Assembly (NCBI GenBank): GCA_027619975.1
Contig: JAQCGX010000007.1
Span: forward strand, 22,330 to 86,329
From: Nitrospinota bacterium
Lineage (GTDB): Bacteria; Nitrospinota; Nitrospinia; Nitrospinales; VA-1
Direction: 5' to 3'
Length of the DNA stretch: 64,000 nt
Below, piece by piece: positions 27,761 to 39,314 of the stretch. The notes under the pieces are model-generated. The model worked only from the letters and a program-made list of their open reading frames with translations, searched no databases and was not told the DNA's origin. Within the stretch, counting starts at the first letter, position 1. Each line of letters opens with the position of its first letter. The position numbers were made by a program, and so were the translations under genes.

Positions 27761-28708
27761 TTAATGGGAAGGACTTTTGATTATTTCCTTTTCCAGGTTG
27801 TTTTTGAATTTAGTGAACGTATCTCTTAAATAAGGACACAAGGTTTCTTTGAGTTTCTCAGGAACCCAATTAATTTTTTCAACCGGCCAGTTTTCCACCT
27901 GCTGGATATCCAGACCCTCCTGTTTGTAAGGAGCCGCGAGAGATTCTTCATAGCCATACACCAACGCGTTGGAGTAGACCTTGTGAAACTGTTCCTCAAT
28001 AAGCTCCTCGTCGTGCATTCCCGTCAAAAAATGTTCCAATAATTCTTTTGCGATGGGTTTTGCATGTTCCGCAAAGTCGGGAGTTAAAGCTGGCAGCAGT
28101 GTGAAGTACGTGATCAAAACATCCTGTAGAAGGAACTTCAATTCTTCCTTTGTTTTTTTGACGGGCCGCTTGTCTATATTGAGAAGTTCCTTGAGCACCT
28201 TGATATTGCGGACGGCGTCATACACGATGGACTCTTCCCAGGGTGCCGAGTTCCAAACGAAAAAGGCGCGGTGAAACTTCACCCGTTGGCTGGCGTCCCA
28301 CATTTGCAGGGTGGTGGTGGGCTTAATTTTGTTAGTGTAGGGAATGGGTTCTCCCCACCGGGGGTCGATAAAATCCAGCCCGTAATTTTTAAATGTAGTT
28401 CTGGCCGTTTGATGGTAGGTCTCCATGAATTGTTCAAATATGGAACTGTCATCCAGCGGGCCGTTTTGCGGCAGACTGACGATATTGTAAAGACGGACGA
28501 CATTGGTACGGGCTTTTCCATTTTCATCGGCGACCAAATAAGAACCTCCCCACATCCCACCTGAAAGAGGAACATCGATCTTTATATTTTGTTTCAGACG
28601 AATTGAAACAATTTCTGCGATGCCTTGAAACACCTCGTGTAAATAGTACAAATTGATTCTGTCGTCTTCCGAAAATAGGTGTTTGGGAAACTTGGGGAGC
28701 TGTCTCAT
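27761..28708 (-). CDS. Hypothetical soluble protein
   Basis: 315-aa ORF with host-like composition. No family recognised. Confidence 0.75.
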   Translation of the reverse strand: MRQLPKFPKHLFSEDDRINLYYLHEVFQGIAEIVSIRLKQNIKIDVPLSGGMWGGSYLVADENGKARTNVVRLYNIVSLPQNGPLDDSSIFEQFMETYHQTARTTFKNYGLDFIDPRWGEPIPYTNKIKPTTTLQMWDASQRVKFHRAFFVWNSAPWEESIVYDAVRNIKVLKELLNIDKRPVKKTKEELKFLLQDVLITYFTLLPALTPDFAEHAKPIAKELLEHFLTGMHDEELIEEQFHKVYSNALVYGYEESLAAPYKQEGLDIQQVENWPVEKINWVPEKLKETLCPYLRDTFTKFKNNLEKEIIKSPSH

Positions 28709-28742
28709 GATTCAGGGTATTTTCGAATTTTGGTTGAAGGAG

Positions 28743-29255
28743 TCACATTTGTAAAAGAAAACCGTCCTCCATCTCCTCATCCAGATAGTCCGGCAATTGC
28801 GTGGTTTTATCGGTAATGGCCGACTCGATTTGCCCCGCAGTTAAACCGGTCGCCCCGGTAAGATTGGTTCCCTTTAAATTTGCTTGAGTGAACAAGACTT
28901 CTTCACTGAACAGAGCGCCGCGCAAGTCTGCATTTTGTAGATTAGCGAATTGCAGGTTGGCTTCGAAGAAATTTACCTCCCTGAGATCCGCGTTTTCAAA
29001 ATTTGCCCGTTGCAGATTGGTTTCCTGGAGTTTTGCCTTGCGCAATTTGGCATCGCTCAGAACCGCGTTGTTGAGGTTGCAGGATTGCAGTTTGGCTTCT
29101 TTAAGATTGGCCTTTTGCAGATTAAATTTTGAAAGCTGTTTTCCTCGGAGATCCGCCTGAAAGAGGTCGGGGACTACATCGGGGTTTTTTTCTACCCAGT
29201 CGTTCCAGACCTCAGCCCCTTTGTTGATTAAAGATAAATGATTTTCATCTGCCAC
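28743..29255 (-). CDS. Pentapeptide repeat protein
   Basis: A(N/D/K)Lxx repeats and a GAEVWNDW N-terminus. Confidence 0.9.
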   Translation of the reverse strand: MADENHLSLINKGAEVWNDWVEKNPDVVPDLFQADLRGKQLSKFNLQKANLKEAKLQSCNLNNAVLSDAKLRKAKLQETNLQRANFENADLREVNFFEANLQFANLQNADLRGALFSEEVLFTQANLKGTNLTGATGLTAGQIESAITDKTTQLPDYLDEEMEDGFLLQM

Positions 29256-29306
29256 ATTGCAACCTCAAAAATAGCGCCCTGAATTTTTAAATTCGGGCGA
29301 GGGTGA

Positions 29307-30998
29307 TCAATCAGTAACCGCACCTTTGGATGCGGAAGATACCAGTTTGGCATATTTTGCAAGGACACCCGATTTGTATTTGATCGGCGGCGCGGTCCAT
29401 TTATTTTTTCTTGTTTGAATTTCTTCCTCAGACAATTTGACTTCCAGCAAATGTTGGTCGATGTCGACGACAATCGTGTCTCCTTCTTCCAGCAAGGCGA
29501 TCATGCCGCCGACCTGAGCCTCCGGCGCGACATGGCCGATAACGACCCCGTAGGTGCCGCCTGAAAACCTGCCATCGGTGATGAGTGCCACTTTATCGCC
29601 CAATCCTTCGCCTACCAGGGCGGAAGTGGGAGCCAGCATTTCCCGCATGCCGGGCCCTCCTTTGGGGCCTTCATAACGGATGACAACGACATCGCCAGCC
29701 TTGATTTCGTTTTTCAGGATAGCGTCGAGAGACTCTTCTTCCGAATTAAAAACCCGGGCCGGGCCTTCGATGCGGCGGGTTTTCACGCCTGATATCTTGG
29801 CGACGGAACCTTCCGGGCTGATATTTCCTTTTAGAATGACCAAATGACCTTGCTTCGATTTTGGTTTGTCCAAAGGTAAAATAACGTCCTGCCGGGAGTC
29901 GGGCATATCAGGAACATCTTTTAGATTTTCCGCCACGGTTTTTCCGGTGACGGTCAGGCAGTCTCCATGAATCAGGCCGGCGTTCAACAGCATTTTCATG
30001 ACCTGGGGAATGCCTCCCGCTTGATGCAGATCGGTGGCGACATATTTCCCTGAAGGTTTGAGGTCGCAAAAATGCGGAGTCCTTGCCCGGATGGTTTCAA
30101 AATCTTCGATCTTCAAATCCACTTCCAGCGAGTGAGCTATCGCCAATAGATGCAGAACCGCATTGGTGGACCCGCCGACGGCCATGACCACCGCAATCGC
30201 ATTTTCCAGCGATTTGCGGGTGATGATATCTCTGGTGACAATGTTTTTCTCCAGCAGGGGGAACAACGCCGCCGCACTTTGGCCGGTGCTGATCTCTTTT
30301 TCTTTGTCCTCGTTGGTCATGGTGGAACTGTAAGGAAGACTCAACCCCATCGCTTCAATGGCCGATGACATGGTGTTGGCGGTGAACATGCCGCCGCAGG
30401 AACCGAATCCGGGACAGGCGTGTTTTTCTATCGCAAACAGTTCTTCCTGGTCGATAGACCCGGCGCTGTATTGACCGACGGCTTCGAAGGCACTGACCAC
30501 GGTTAAATCCTGGCCGTGTAAATGGCCGGGTTTGATGGTGCCGCCATAAACAAATATTCCGGGAATATCCAGACGGGCCATGGCGATCATGGCTCCGGGC
30601 ATATTTTTGTCACATCCGCCGATGCAGATGACCGCATCTAAATTTGCACCCCGGCAGACGGTTTCGATCGAGTCGGCAATGACTTCGCGGCTGACGAGGG
30701 AGCATTTCATCCCTTCAGTTCCCATGGAGATGCCGTCACTCACGGTGATGGTGCCGAACATTTGCGGCATGCCACCTTTTTCCCGGATTTCGCCAGAGGC
30801 AATGTCGGCCAGCTTGCCAAGACCGGCATTGCAGGGTGTAACAGTGCTTTGCCCGTTGGCGATGCCGATGATGGGTTTATCAAAATCATCGTCCGTGAAA
30901 CCCACGGCTCTCAGCATGGCGCGGTTGGGTGAACGCTTGTCCCCCCCCGTAATAATAAGGCTTTTCCGGTTCAGAGGGCCTGTGGCCTTTTCCGACAT
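29307..30998 (-). CDS. ilvD: Dihydroxy-acid dehydratase
   Basis: [59 protein letters not shown] before MSEK. Confidence 0.97.
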   Translation of the reverse strand: MSEKATGPLNRKSLIITGGDKRSPNRAMLRAVGFTDDDFDKPIIGIANGQSTVTPCNAGLGKLADIASGEIREKGGMPQMFGTITVSDGISMGTEGMKCSLVSREVIADSIETVCRGANLDAVICIGGCDKNMPGAMIAMARLDIPGIFVYGGTIKPGHLHGQDLTVVSAFEAVGQYSAGSIDQEELFAIEKHACPGFGSCGGMFTANTMSSAIEAMGLSLPYSSTMTNEDKEKEISTGQSAAALFPLLEKNIVTRDIITRKSLENAIAVVMAVGGSTNAVLHLLAIAHSLEVDLKIEDFETIRARTPHFCDLKPSGKYVATDLHQAGGIPQVMKMLLNAGLIHGDCLTVTGKTVAENLKDVPDMPDSRQDVILPLDKPKSKQGHLVILKGNISPEGSVAKISGVKTRRIEGPARVFNSEEESLDAILKNEIKAGDVVVIRYEGPKGGPGMREMLAPTSALVGEGLGDKVALITDGRFSGGTYGVVIGHVAPEAQVGGMIALLEEGDTIVVDIDQHLLEVKLSEEEIQTRKNKWTAPPIKYKSGVLAKYAKLVSSASKGAVTD

Positions 30999-31110
30999 GA
31001 TGAACTCCTCTAAATAAAAATTATTAACGGATTCTTTCCGCTGGATAGGATTGTTAGGAACACCAATCATAACCTTTTGAGATGAAATTTTAAAATAAAT
31101 TATAACGATA

Positions 31111-32751
31111 TCAATCGCTAACGAGGATGACGGAAGGTCGATTAATGTACCCGGAGTCCTCATTCGGATGAGCGATAACGTAGTGCTGGGGGGCAGGGGA
31201 GGGGATCAATTCAACTTCAGCCCCGTGCCATTGGATTTCGTGGCAGAAAGGAATCAAGGGGGATTTGCGGTCCACTTTCCAGGTTTTTTGCTTGATCTTC
31301 TCGGACTCTCCCGTTCGGCTTTTAAGAAATCGGGGAAGATGAAATATACGCTGGGAATACAGGTAATCCAGTTTTAATAAATCAAATTCCAAGTCGGTGT
31401 TTCCCAGGGAAAAAACGTCGTGCAAAATTTTATACTGCTTGTCTAAAGAATTGGACTGGAACAACAGGCCATTGTCATCCATGAACACGAGAAGACGATC
31501 GAACAGTATCACAGAGTCCCATTTTTTTAACAGGTGATCGATGGAATACCGAAAGCGCTTTGAGTTATAGAACATGTCAAAAACCTCGGTGAATTTCTTG
31601 AGATAGATCACCTCGTCCGATGAAAGAAGGTTGTTGCTGATGATCTCGTAAGGGGGGGTGGATTGATATTGATATCCATGTCTTTCTATTTCCGAATTAA
31701 TGGGAGCTCCGGGCAGAAATTTTAGAAACCCGAGTTGCAGTTCATGCGGTTTCAACGCCAGCACCTGTTTAAATGATTCCAGCATTTGTTCCAGCGTTTC
31801 ACCGGGTAGACCAAATATCAAATCACAGTGGCAGTGAATTTTGTCCTGGCGGCTCAACTCTGCAATCGCGTCAAACAGCTTTTTATTATTTTGCTTTCTC
31901 TGAATCGAATCCTGCGTGGTGTCATCGGTCGTTTGAACACCGATTTCAAATTGAAACATTCCTTCTGGAACAGTGGCGAGAAAATCCAGAATGTCCGGCG
32001 TTAAAATATCCGCCACGACTTCAAAATGAAACGATGCGCCTTCGAACCGGGTCAGCCACTGCATCAACTCCTGCATTTGTTTTGGCTTTAAATTGAATGT
32101 GCGGTCAACGAATTTGATCCGTTTGGCTCCCGACGCAACCAGCTGCTCAATTTGTTTCTTCGTGTCGTCCTGTTCAAAATAGCGGACTTTCTTGTCCAGA
32201 GCGGATAAGCAGAACGAGCAGAGGTAAGGACAGCCTCTTGAAGTCTCAAGATACGCGATACGATTTTTTAAATGCGGGTAATCTTCCTCAAGGTAAGGAG
32301 GAACCAACTCCGGCAAATCCACTCCATAGGTGTTCCAGCGGTCCAACACGTCCTTTGGCGGGTTTTCGTTACGCTGTTGATACTGAAGAAACTCGACCCA
32401 CTTGTTCTCGCCTTCCCCTGAGATGACGGTGTATTGATCCGACAATTCTTTTTCAAACGAGACTTCCGGTCCGCCGATGACGATTTTCAGTTCCGGGTTC
32501 TGTTTTCTCAACCGCTCGATCAATTCGAAACTTTGATGGCGGTTCCAGATATAGATGCTGAGTCCCAGAATATCAGGCTGGCGTTGTTGAATCTCGGCGG
32601 CGATTTTCCAGACGGGTTGATTGATAACGAATTCATGAATCCAGACATTTTGATAGCCTGCAGTCCGGGCCGCATTCCTTAGGTATCTCAAACTCAGGGC
32701 GGTCTGAATGAATTTAGCGTTGAGGGTAATGAGGCCGATGGATCGTTTCAT
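31111..32751 (-). CDS. B12-binding domain radical SAM protein (DUF4080-type C-terminus)
   Basis: [42 protein letters not shown]. Confidence 0.88.
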   Translation of the reverse strand: MKRSIGLITLNAKFIQTALSLRYLRNAARTAGYQNVWIHEFVINQPVWKIAAEIQQRQPDILGLSIYIWNRHQSFELIERLRKQNPELKIVIGGPEVSFEKELSDQYTVISGEGENKWVEFLQYQQRNENPPKDVLDRWNTYGVDLPELVPPYLEEDYPHLKNRIAYLETSRGCPYLCSFCLSALDKKVRYFEQDDTKKQIEQLVASGAKRIKFVDRTFNLKPKQMQELMQWLTRFEGASFHFEVVADILTPDILDFLATVPEGMFQFEIGVQTTDDTTQDSIQRKQNNKKLFDAIAELSRQDKIHCHCDLIFGLPGETLEQMLESFKQVLALKPHELQLGFLKFLPGAPINSEIERHGYQYQSTPPYEIISNNLLSSDEVIYLKKFTEVFDMFYNSKRFRYSIDHLLKKWDSVILFDRLLVFMDDNGLLFQSNSLDKQYKILHDVFSLGNTDLEFDLLKLDYLYSQRIFHLPRFLKSRTGESEKIKQKTWKVDRKSPLIPFCHEIQWHGAEVELIPSPAPQHYVIAHPNEDSGYINRPSVILVSD

Positions 32752-32906
32752 AGGAGTTGTACAGGGGCCTCTGGAAGTTGATATCTTATGGCTTTTGCAA
32801 TCGCCAATCCCTTTTTTAAAGGGGCTGGCTCATAGTTAAAGTTAAATTTTTGGAACGTTTTCAATTATAAAGCAAGGGGCAGGGCGATACGGAGAAAACT
32901 TCGCGA

Positions 32907-33728
32907 TTATTTTCGTTGGCACACTTTACAGTAAAATGTCGATCTTCCGGAATGGACGGCCCGCACGATGGGAGTTTTGCAATCGGGGCAGGGCTGGTTT
33001 TCTTTTCCGTATACGGACAAATTCACCGCATAGTAGCCGGGAGTGTTGTCGGCGCTGAAGAAATCGCGCAACGTGGTGCCACCGGATGCGATGCTGTTGT
33101 TCAGGATGTCTTGTAGAGAGGGAATCAATTGTTTCCACTCGGCAAGAGTGATTTTCCCTGCGTGGCGCATAGGTTTGATCTTCGCCTGGAATAGGGATTC
33201 GCAGGCATAGATATTACCCACACCCGTGATGCGTTTGGAATCCATGAGAAAGGATTTGATCGGCGCCTTTCGGTTTTTGGCCATTAATTTTAACGCTTTT
33301 GGGGTGGTTGTTTCACCATCCAGAGGGTCCAGGCCCAGATGGTTCAGAAGCGGGTGGCCTTCATGATTCGGTGCCCACAGGATACATCCGAAGCGGCGCG
33401 GGTCGATAAAATGTAAATAAACATCCGGCTCGAAATGGAAAATCGCGTGCGTGTGTTTCTCCACAGGTTCCAGGGACGGGTGCCGAACCACCCTCCCGCT
33501 CATCCCCAAATGTAAAAGCATGGCGCCTGTGGGGGCATGCACCAATAAATATTTTCCGCGGCGGGTGATGTCGGAAATAATTTTGCCCGTCAATTCCTCC
33601 AGCAGTTTCTGCTGCGGGATAGGAAAGCGGATGTCTTTGCGGAAAAATTTTAATTGCAGAAGGGTTTTGCTCTTTACCAGAGGGAGCAGGGCGCGTCTCA
33701 GGGTTTCAACTTCAGGAAGCTCAGGCAT
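32907..33728 (-). CDS. mutM: Formamidopyrimidine-DNA glycosylase
   Basis: MPELPEVE, HLGMSG, DPRRFG, GVGNIYA.E, C-terminal zinc finger. Confidence 0.97.
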   Translation of the reverse strand: MPELPEVETLRRALLPLVKSKTLLQLKFFRKDIRFPIPQQKLLEELTGKIISDITRRGKYLLVHAPTGAMLLHLGMSGRVVRHPSLEPVEKHTHAIFHFEPDVYLHFIDPRRFGCILWAPNHEGHPLLNHLGLDPLDGETTTPKALKLMAKNRKAPIKSFLMDSKRITGVGNIYACESLFQAKIKPMRHAGKITLAEWKQLIPSLQDILNNSIASGGTTLRDFFSADNTPGYYAVNLSVYGKENQPCPDCKTPIVRAVHSGRSTFYCKVCQRK

Positions 33729-33771
33729 GGGCAGAAACCTTTAATTGGACTGCCTTGGATTCCTGATCATA

Positions 33772-34392
33772 TCAGTCAGATGATTCCGGGGATTTTTTTT
33801 CTGGAGCTTTTGCGATCACGACCTTTGAAGGGTGGAGGATTCGACCGTTCAATTGATAGCCTTTAGAATATACTTCGGTGACGGTGTTTTCCTCATGTTC
33901 GTCCGATTCCACCTGGCACATGACTTCGTGCAGATTGGGGTCAAACGTTTTACCCAGGGCCTCTATGGGTTCCACATTTTGTTTTTCCAGAAAGGAATGA
34001 AATTGTTTCAGAATCATCTCTACGCCTTGTTGCAGGCTTTCGACTGTGGGGCTGGGAGCGGAAAGGGCGCGTTCCAGGTTGTCGTTGATGAGAGTCAGCT
34101 CTTTTAGCAGACGTTCGTTGGCGTACTGGGAAAAGTCCTCTTTTTCCTTGCGCAGTCTTTTTTTGAAATTTTCGGTTTCCGCTTTATAGCGTAGAAATTC
34201 ATTTTTCAGTTCCGCAATTTCGTCTTCTTTTTTTTGCAGATTTTCATTCAGGATTTCAATAGGATCTTTTTCAGACTCCGTCACATCTTCATAATCATTT
34301 GCTTCTCCATTGATTTCTGATGGCGCTATTTCAGATTCCTGAATTTCTGAATCCAAATCCTGATCGGTGGGAAAGGTTTCTTTGTCTTTCAT
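33772..34392 (-). CDS. grpE: Nucleotide exchange factor GrpE
   Basis: AETENFKKR, DNLERAL, FDPNLHE, KGYQLNGRIL. Confidence 0.95.
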   Translation of the reverse strand: MKDKETFPTDQDLDSEIQESEIAPSEINGEANDYEDVTESEKDPIEILNENLQKKEDEIAELKNEFLRYKAETENFKKRLRKEKEDFSQYANERLLKELTLINDNLERALSAPSPTVESLQQGVEMILKQFHSFLEKQNVEPIEALGKTFDPNLHEVMCQVESDEHEENTVTEVYSKGYQLNGRILHPSKVVIAKAPEKKSPESSD

Positions 34393-34401
34393 GATTCTAT
34401 T

Positions 34402-35454
34402 TTAATACTCCAGATCTTTTTGCGATATTAAGTTTGAAACCGTTTTTGCGGTTTGATTTACGAGTGAGATAATTTTTTTATAGTCCATCCGTTTAGGGCC
34501 AAAAATGGCAAGCGCTCCCAATGTAGCGTCTCCCTTTTGATAATTTTGTGCAATCAAACTGCACGCTTCCATTTCTTCACCCAAAATTTCCTGTCCAATG
34601 AGGATCGTCATGCCATCGTGTTTGAGGCAATGATCCAAAAGACTGACCAGTTTGGATTTTTCTTCCAGAGCTTTTAGCAGGCCTTTGATTTTTTCCAGAT
34701 CGGCTCTGAATTCAGGATGATCCAGTAAGTTTAAAGCCCCCTCCACGATGAGTGGGTTTTTTTCTAAATCTTCCGCAAAAAGCTTACTGGAAAGATCCAC
34801 GGCTTTCTTTGTCAACTGGTCATAATGTTCCCGCTCATTTTTCAAACGATAAATAAGCTCCACGCGGATAGCCTGGATCGATTTCCCACTGAACTCCTTA
34901 TTGAGATAATGAGAGATAGAAGTCAGTTGCTCCTGCGTTGTCTCATTTTCCAGAGGAATAATCTTGTTTTGCAGAATTCCAAGGTCAGAGTAGAACACAG
35001 CAAGGGCTTTATCGGACGCTACTTTGATAAACTCGATCTGTTTGAACAGCGTGTGAGAGAAAGGCGGGAGCATGACCAGCCCCGTTTGATTCGAATTTTT
35101 GGAAAGCATTTCGCACGCGGTTTCTAAAACCTCCTGAAGATTGTGACTTCCCGTTCCATAATCATCGGTCTGACCATCGACTTCTTTTAAAAAGTTTTGT
35201 GGGTTGAGGAGGTGATTCACATAAAATTGATAGCCTTGGTCCGTTGGGATGCGGCCTGAGGACGTGTGGGGTTGATGCAGATATCCCAACTCTTCCAAAT
35301 CCGACATCGCATTGCGGATGGTTGCGGCGCTCAATTTTTCAGGATGTTTTTTTGAGATGCTTCGGGAGCCTACCGGTTCCGCATTTTGGATGTAATCGTT
35401 GACCACTTCCAATAGCACCGATCTCCTTCTGGCATCCAACTGAAAATTACCCAT
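34402..35454 (-). CDS. hrcA: Heat-inducible transcription repressor
   Basis: EPVGSR, SAATIRNAMSDLE..GYL.QPHTSSGRIPT, GPKRMDY. Confidence 0.96.
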   Translation of the reverse strand: MGNFQLDARRRSVLLEVVNDYIQNAEPVGSRSISKKHPEKLSAATIRNAMSDLEELGYLHQPHTSSGRIPTDQGYQFYVNHLLNPQNFLKEVDGQTDDYGTGSHNLQEVLETACEMLSKNSNQTGLVMLPPFSHTLFKQIEFIKVASDKALAVFYSDLGILQNKIIPLENETTQEQLTSISHYLNKEFSGKSIQAIRVELIYRLKNEREHYDQLTKKAVDLSSKLFAEDLEKNPLIVEGALNLLDHPEFRADLEKIKGLLKALEEKSKLVSLLDHCLKHDGMTILIGQEILGEEMEACSLIAQNYQKGDATLGALAIFGPKRMDYKKIISLVNQTAKTVSNLISQKDLEY

Positions 35455-35508
35455 GGGTTGATTGGTGAATTCACCTGAAGGATTGATTACTAAACCTTTT
35501 ATTTAAAT

Positions 35509-35537
35509 AAATTAGCAGTCAAGGGGGGTAATGTCAA
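35509..35537 (-). promoter_or_regulatory. sigma70-like hrcA promoter overlapping a CIRCE-like half-site
   Basis: TTGACA-17 bp-TAATTT on the - strand. GACTGCTAA matches the CIRCE arm GAGTGCTAA at 8/9 positions. Confidence 0.55.
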
Positions 35538-35597
35538 CAACAAGCAAGTTTCATCAAATCATCCTAACCAGATAAGGAATCACTGATTTCATTGAGG

Positions 35598-37940
35598 TTA
35601 AGCAAGTTCATGCTTCTGCTTAAGGGGAGATGAAGTTGGGGCGGGTAAAGAAATGGTGAAAATGGTTCCCTGGGAGGGTTTGCTTTTGACGGTAATTTCC
35701 CCACCGTGCTGGGTTGCAATTTTCTGGCAAATAGCGAGACCCATTCCCGTCCCTTCATATTGATCGTTTGTGTGCAGACGCTCAAAGGGCTTGAAAATTT
35801 TATGCGTATATTTTTCATCAAAACCGATTCCATTGTCCTCAACAGAGATCCGATAAAATCCACCCGTTTTCGAAGAACACCTTATTTTGATAACGGGAGG
35901 AACATCTGTTTTATGGTACTTGAGAGCGTTTGAGATCAGGTTTTGAAACAGTTGGCGCATTTGAAAATTATCCCCGCTGATGATGGGCAAACGCCCCATA
36001 AAAACCTTTCCCTGGCTTTTTTTGATCATTAAATCAAGGTCTTCCACGACTTGGGGGACCAGCTTATTCAGGTCAATCGGCGCCAATTTTTTTGTTTTAG
36101 CGGCTACCTTGGAAAACGCGAGGAGGTCATCAATAAACCGTCGCATTCGCTCAGCGGATTTTTGCATTCGTTTCAAGGTTTCCGGGCCTTGTGGGTCCTG
36201 ATTGGAAATTTGCGTTTCCAAACGGTCTCCAAAAATTATGATTTTGCGAAGCGGTTCCTGAAGATCATGAGAGGCAATGGCGGCGAAATCCTGCAACTCT
36301 ATATTGCTGCGCTCCAGTTCAACAGCGTAGGTTTTAAGCTTAGTTTCTGCCGTTTTACGTTCGGTGATATCCTTCACGGTCCCTATGAACCGGATTTTGC
36401 CTGAAACAGTAATTTCCCGGACGGATAATTCCAGGTCAAAAATAGACCCGTTTTTGCGCATGCCCGGGACTTCCCGGTTGAGTTCAAGGATCCTTGCCTG
36501 TCCTGTGGACAAATACCGTTGCAGGTATCCGTCATGGTCGGACCGGTAGGGCTCCGGCATCAGGAATTTTATGTTGCGACCGAGCACCTCCGAAACTTGA
36601 TAGCCAAAGATTTTCTCCGCCGCCGGGTTGAAGGTTTCGATCGAGCCCAACTCATCAATGGTGATGATGGCGTCGCCGGCGTTGTTCATCATTGCGCGGA
36701 AACGGATTTCACTTTCAGTTATTTTTTGCAGAGCCGCTTGGCGGTCACTTTCTGTGTGAACCTGGCGGATATGAAATAAAAAGGCGGAAAAAGTGGAAAG
36801 CGCGAAAAGCCCGAATATTAAAACAAACCAGTAGTTCATGGTTTGCAAAGGCGAAAATGCCTCGTCCACATCCATTTCCGTGGTCACTCCAAAAAAGTGA
36901 TCCGGAAGCCAGGTCCAGGCGCCTACCACCAGCCCTCCCCGGTAATCGGTGTATCCGTCCACATTGACCCCCGTTTCTCCCTGTGTTGCGCTTGCGGCCA
37001 TGAGCGTCAGCGGTTGTTGCGAGCGAGGAAGGGTAGGGCGGAAACCTTCCATCATGTTCCCGCCGGGGTTGCGGATTTGCATTTGCAGAATGGCGCGGTT
37101 CTCGGGTTGGTTCGGGAGAAGTCCCGCCTTTTTCAGTTGCGGGATGAATCGGCTGTCTGAGAGCATGAGACCATCGCCGTTAAAGGCATAGGTTTCTCCT
37201 GTTTGTCCCCAACGGCTGATTTCCAACATACGGGTGAAGGCGATCTCCGGGCGAATACGAAATGACAACACCCCGACGATTTCCCCGGCAGGGTTGCGGA
37301 TAGGGGTGGAAGCAAACATGGTGGGCCAGTTTTTCCGCCAGATGCCATGAATGTCCGGCAAGTCAACCTCACCTGCAAGCGGATGAGAGACAACCGTGTC
37401 TCCTTGCAGGGAGCGGTAGAAAAAATCAGACCGTTCGATCAATTAACGCTTGCCGAGGGGCGCATCCAAAAGAGCTCCAACCTGAAAACCCGTGCTGTCC
37501 AATAGAACGAACCCTATAAAACCGTATTTTTTGCATGCGGCGCCAAGGTGCTCTCTTAGCCAAATGAGTTCCTGAGTTTCTCTTAAAAACTCTGGTTTCA
37601 AATCCTCATGTCTGGCAAGTTCGATTAAGGAAAGTATTTTTTTCCGGATTTCGGGTTGCGCCGCCAAAACCTGGGCATCCAGTTTTTTATCTTCTACCCA
37701 GATTTTTAAGGCTTCTACGTTAGCGAAAAGGGTTGTCTGAAGCTGTGCGGCGAGATTCCTTTTCATCTCCTTCTCGACAGCCGCCAGCCCAAACCAGCCA
37801 ATGGCGGCAAGGAGGAAGATAGTGGCAAAGGATAAGCGGACATTGGGCGAAAGCAGGAGGGATAACCTTTCACCCCAGTGTTTTGATTGAGTTTTTAAAG
37901 CCAATTCTCGAGGATTGCTGCTATTTACCTCATTTACCAT
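35598..37940 (-). pseudogene. Cache/PAS sensor histidine kinase interrupted by an in-frame TAA
   Basis: ORFs 37443-37940 and 35598-37442 abut in the same frame (LGKR*LIERS). PAS domain, SHDLQEPLRKI, NLISNALKY, DNGIG, GTGMGLAI. Confidence 0.82.
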
Positions 37941-38093
37941 TCGATTCCTTTAAAAACGAGTCTGCAGGTTTATAGTTTTTTGGCAAGAAAAATCATGAGC
38001 ATTGGCACTGACTGGCTAGGTTTCAATAAGTTACATCATTTAGAACTGTAAAAAATAATGAGTGAGCAAATAATACAGCGGTTTGTTTATTAT

Positions 38094-38268
38094 GGGCATC
38101 TCTAAAAATAGACTAAATGTTCCTAATCGTTAATTTAAGGAGATGGCTTTGTTTTAGTGGGACAGGCAACCTACCCTTAAATTTAAGGATAGGTCGCCCG
38201 TGCCACCGATATAAGAAATCTTGTGCAATGTTCGATTTCCCGTAATAAACTAATTTTTAGAGGTGTCC
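38094..38268. mobile_element. MITE family A, uninterrupted copy (175 bp)
   Basis: TIRs GGGCATCTCTAAAAAT / ATTTTTAGAGGTGTCC, internal long hairpin, homologous to 12331-12661. Confidence 0.85.
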
Positions 38269-38344
38269 TTATTCTTTTTGGTTGGAAATATTGAGAACGG
38301 GTCAGTACGATAAAACTAACTCATTGAAACACAATACATTTCCC

Positions 38345-38391
38345 GTAACAATCGTGCCAAATGTGAAAAAAATGTAGCATTAAGTACTACA
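38345..38391 (-). promoter_or_regulatory. sigma54-like motif plus TGTAG-N9-CTACA palindrome upstream of the kinase
   Basis: TGGCACGATTGTTAC (38345-38359, - strand) and TGTAGCATTAAGTACTACA (38373-38391). Confidence 0.4.
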
Positions 38392-38420
38392 ATGGGAGGG
38401 ATTGGGAATGAAGGAGCAGA

Positions 38421-39074
38421 TTAGTTAATAAGACCGCTCTTTATGGCGTAATAGGCCAGTTGGGAATTATTGCTCAATTTCATCTTTTCCAGGATCCGGC
38501 CTCTATAGGTGCTGATGGTGGGGACGCTCAGGGAAAGTTCTGTAGCGATTTCCGATACAGTTTTTCCCGACGCGATCATGCAGAACACCTGGTATTCTCT
38601 ATCTGAAAGGGACTGATGAAGAGGTTTTTCCGAGTCAAAGTCAAGGTCGCAAGCCAACTTCTCTGCGAGAGCGGGGCTAACGTACTTCCTTCCCTCGGCT
38701 ACTTTCCGGATAGTTTCGATCAACTGCTTTTTTGAGCAGGTTTTAGGCAAAAAACCTGCCGCGCCTGCCTTTAAACACCTTAAGGCGTACTGGTCCTCGG
38801 GTAAGCTACTGAATATTAAAACGGGAAGGTCCGGCCGTTCCGACCGAATTGTTTTAAGGACATCCAAACCGCCGAAGCCGGACATGCTGATATCGAATAA
38901 GACCATATTAAATTTGGTTTCACCGACTTTTTTCAGTAAGTCGGGTACGTTTGTTACTTCTTCTTCGATCGTTATATCGGGGGTGTGCTCAAAGACACAT
39001 TGTATTCCCTGGCACGCTATTGGATGCTCATCGGCAAGAAGGACTTTGATGTTTTTTGTTTCTGTTGTGAGCAT
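38421..39074 (-). CDS. NarL/LuxR-family response regulator
   Basis: Receiver domain (LADEH, FDISM, GFLPK) and LSDREYQV...TISTYRGRILEKM HTH. Confidence 0.93.
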   Translation of the reverse strand: MLTTETKNIKVLLADEHPIACQGIQCVFEHTPDITIEEEVTNVPDLLKKVGETKFNMVLFDISMSGFGGLDVLKTIRSERPDLPVLIFSSLPEDQYALRCLKAGAAGFLPKTCSKKQLIETIRKVAEGRKYVSPALAEKLACDLDFDSEKPLHQSLSDREYQVFCMIASGKTVSEIATELSLSVPTISTYRGRILEKMKLSNNSQLAYYAIKSGLIN

Positions 39075-39314
39075 GTTCTTTTCAGACGAGCACTACACTC
39101 GCTGGCCTCCGTTTATTCAAGTTAAGCCAACGTCAAAAATTTTCTTCTCCTGATAGGAGAGATCGATTCGGAGAGGCTAAAATTCCATTTTAAAAATAAT
39201 TGGTTTTTATTGTTTGGAACTCAGAGTTTGGAAATAATAAATAAAGACTGACTCCAAGGGGTGCCATCTCTTGACGGGCAAAGCGGATGGAGGAAACCAA
39301 CATTGCATCAATCA

